A stretch of DNA of 60,000 nt, from the NCBI GenBank assembly GCA_964187785.1, contig OZ076409.1:88104001-88164000 (forward strand), in the 5' to 3' direction. Position numbers and translations under genes: made by a program. Under the pieces are notes generated by a model. That model was given only the letters and a program-made list of their open reading frames with translations. It searched no databases and had not been told where the DNA came from. Positions within the stretch are counted from its first letter, which is position 1; each line of letters opens with the position of its first letter. This DNA comes from Amphiscolops sp. MND2022. Its lineage: Eukaryota. Below are positions 59,766 through 60,000 of this stretch, piece by piece.

Positions 59766-60000
59766 TGACTAAGTTTGGGATGTGTTTCTCATTTTGTTTT
59801 TGGTTGTATTGAGTCATTCAAATTCCACGCTATTATTCACACTATACATTAAGTTCCTCAACCGTGTATAATTCATTCAATTCATGTTTACGCGTTGGAG
59901 CAATGAATTTATTCTATACAGGACATAATCCATGCAGTTACATGTCCTCAACTGAGTATATTTTATTCATTATCACGCACTTTGTCGCGCACGCTTGTGT

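Overview
AT-rich, intron-containing eukaryotic DNA, most likely from an invertebrate animal; I cannot determine the species from the sequence. It is densely filled with transposable elements. Three host genes can be reconstructed by hand from GT-AG exons that stay in phase. (1) The 3' part of an INF/FHDC1-class formin (+, 8 exons, 3855-14032); its 5' end is outside the window and a Ty3/Gypsy element lies antisense in the upstream intron. (2) An intact 4-exon gene (+, 20186-24047, about 619 aa) that fuses a TIR/HET-like domain (FVSHAW...FWIDLF.NNQ...TRAWCLWE) to a TPR array. This is the most interesting locus. (3) A giant Nopp140/NOLC1 (-, 47302-54265, about 2,100 aa) with an SRP40_C C-terminus and roughly 50 acidic/basic repeats in higher-order arrays. 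Retroelements: two related Gypsy elements sharing a WLDD RT motif and a long conserved RNase H-integrase insert (one is full length with identical 187-bp LTRs and an AACGT TSD); a non-coding long-LTR element (AGTAC TSD); a decayed GalEa-like Copia; and a 5'-truncated LINE. DNA elements and other repeats: CCC...GGG elements with 2-bp TSDs (EnSpm-like), MULE-like MITEs, Helentron/DINE-like non-autonomous elements carrying ~178-bp repeat arrays, tRNA-derived SINE heads and two long palindromes. A possible ENTH-domain pseudogene is split by insertions. Gene models are manual and have no transcript support.
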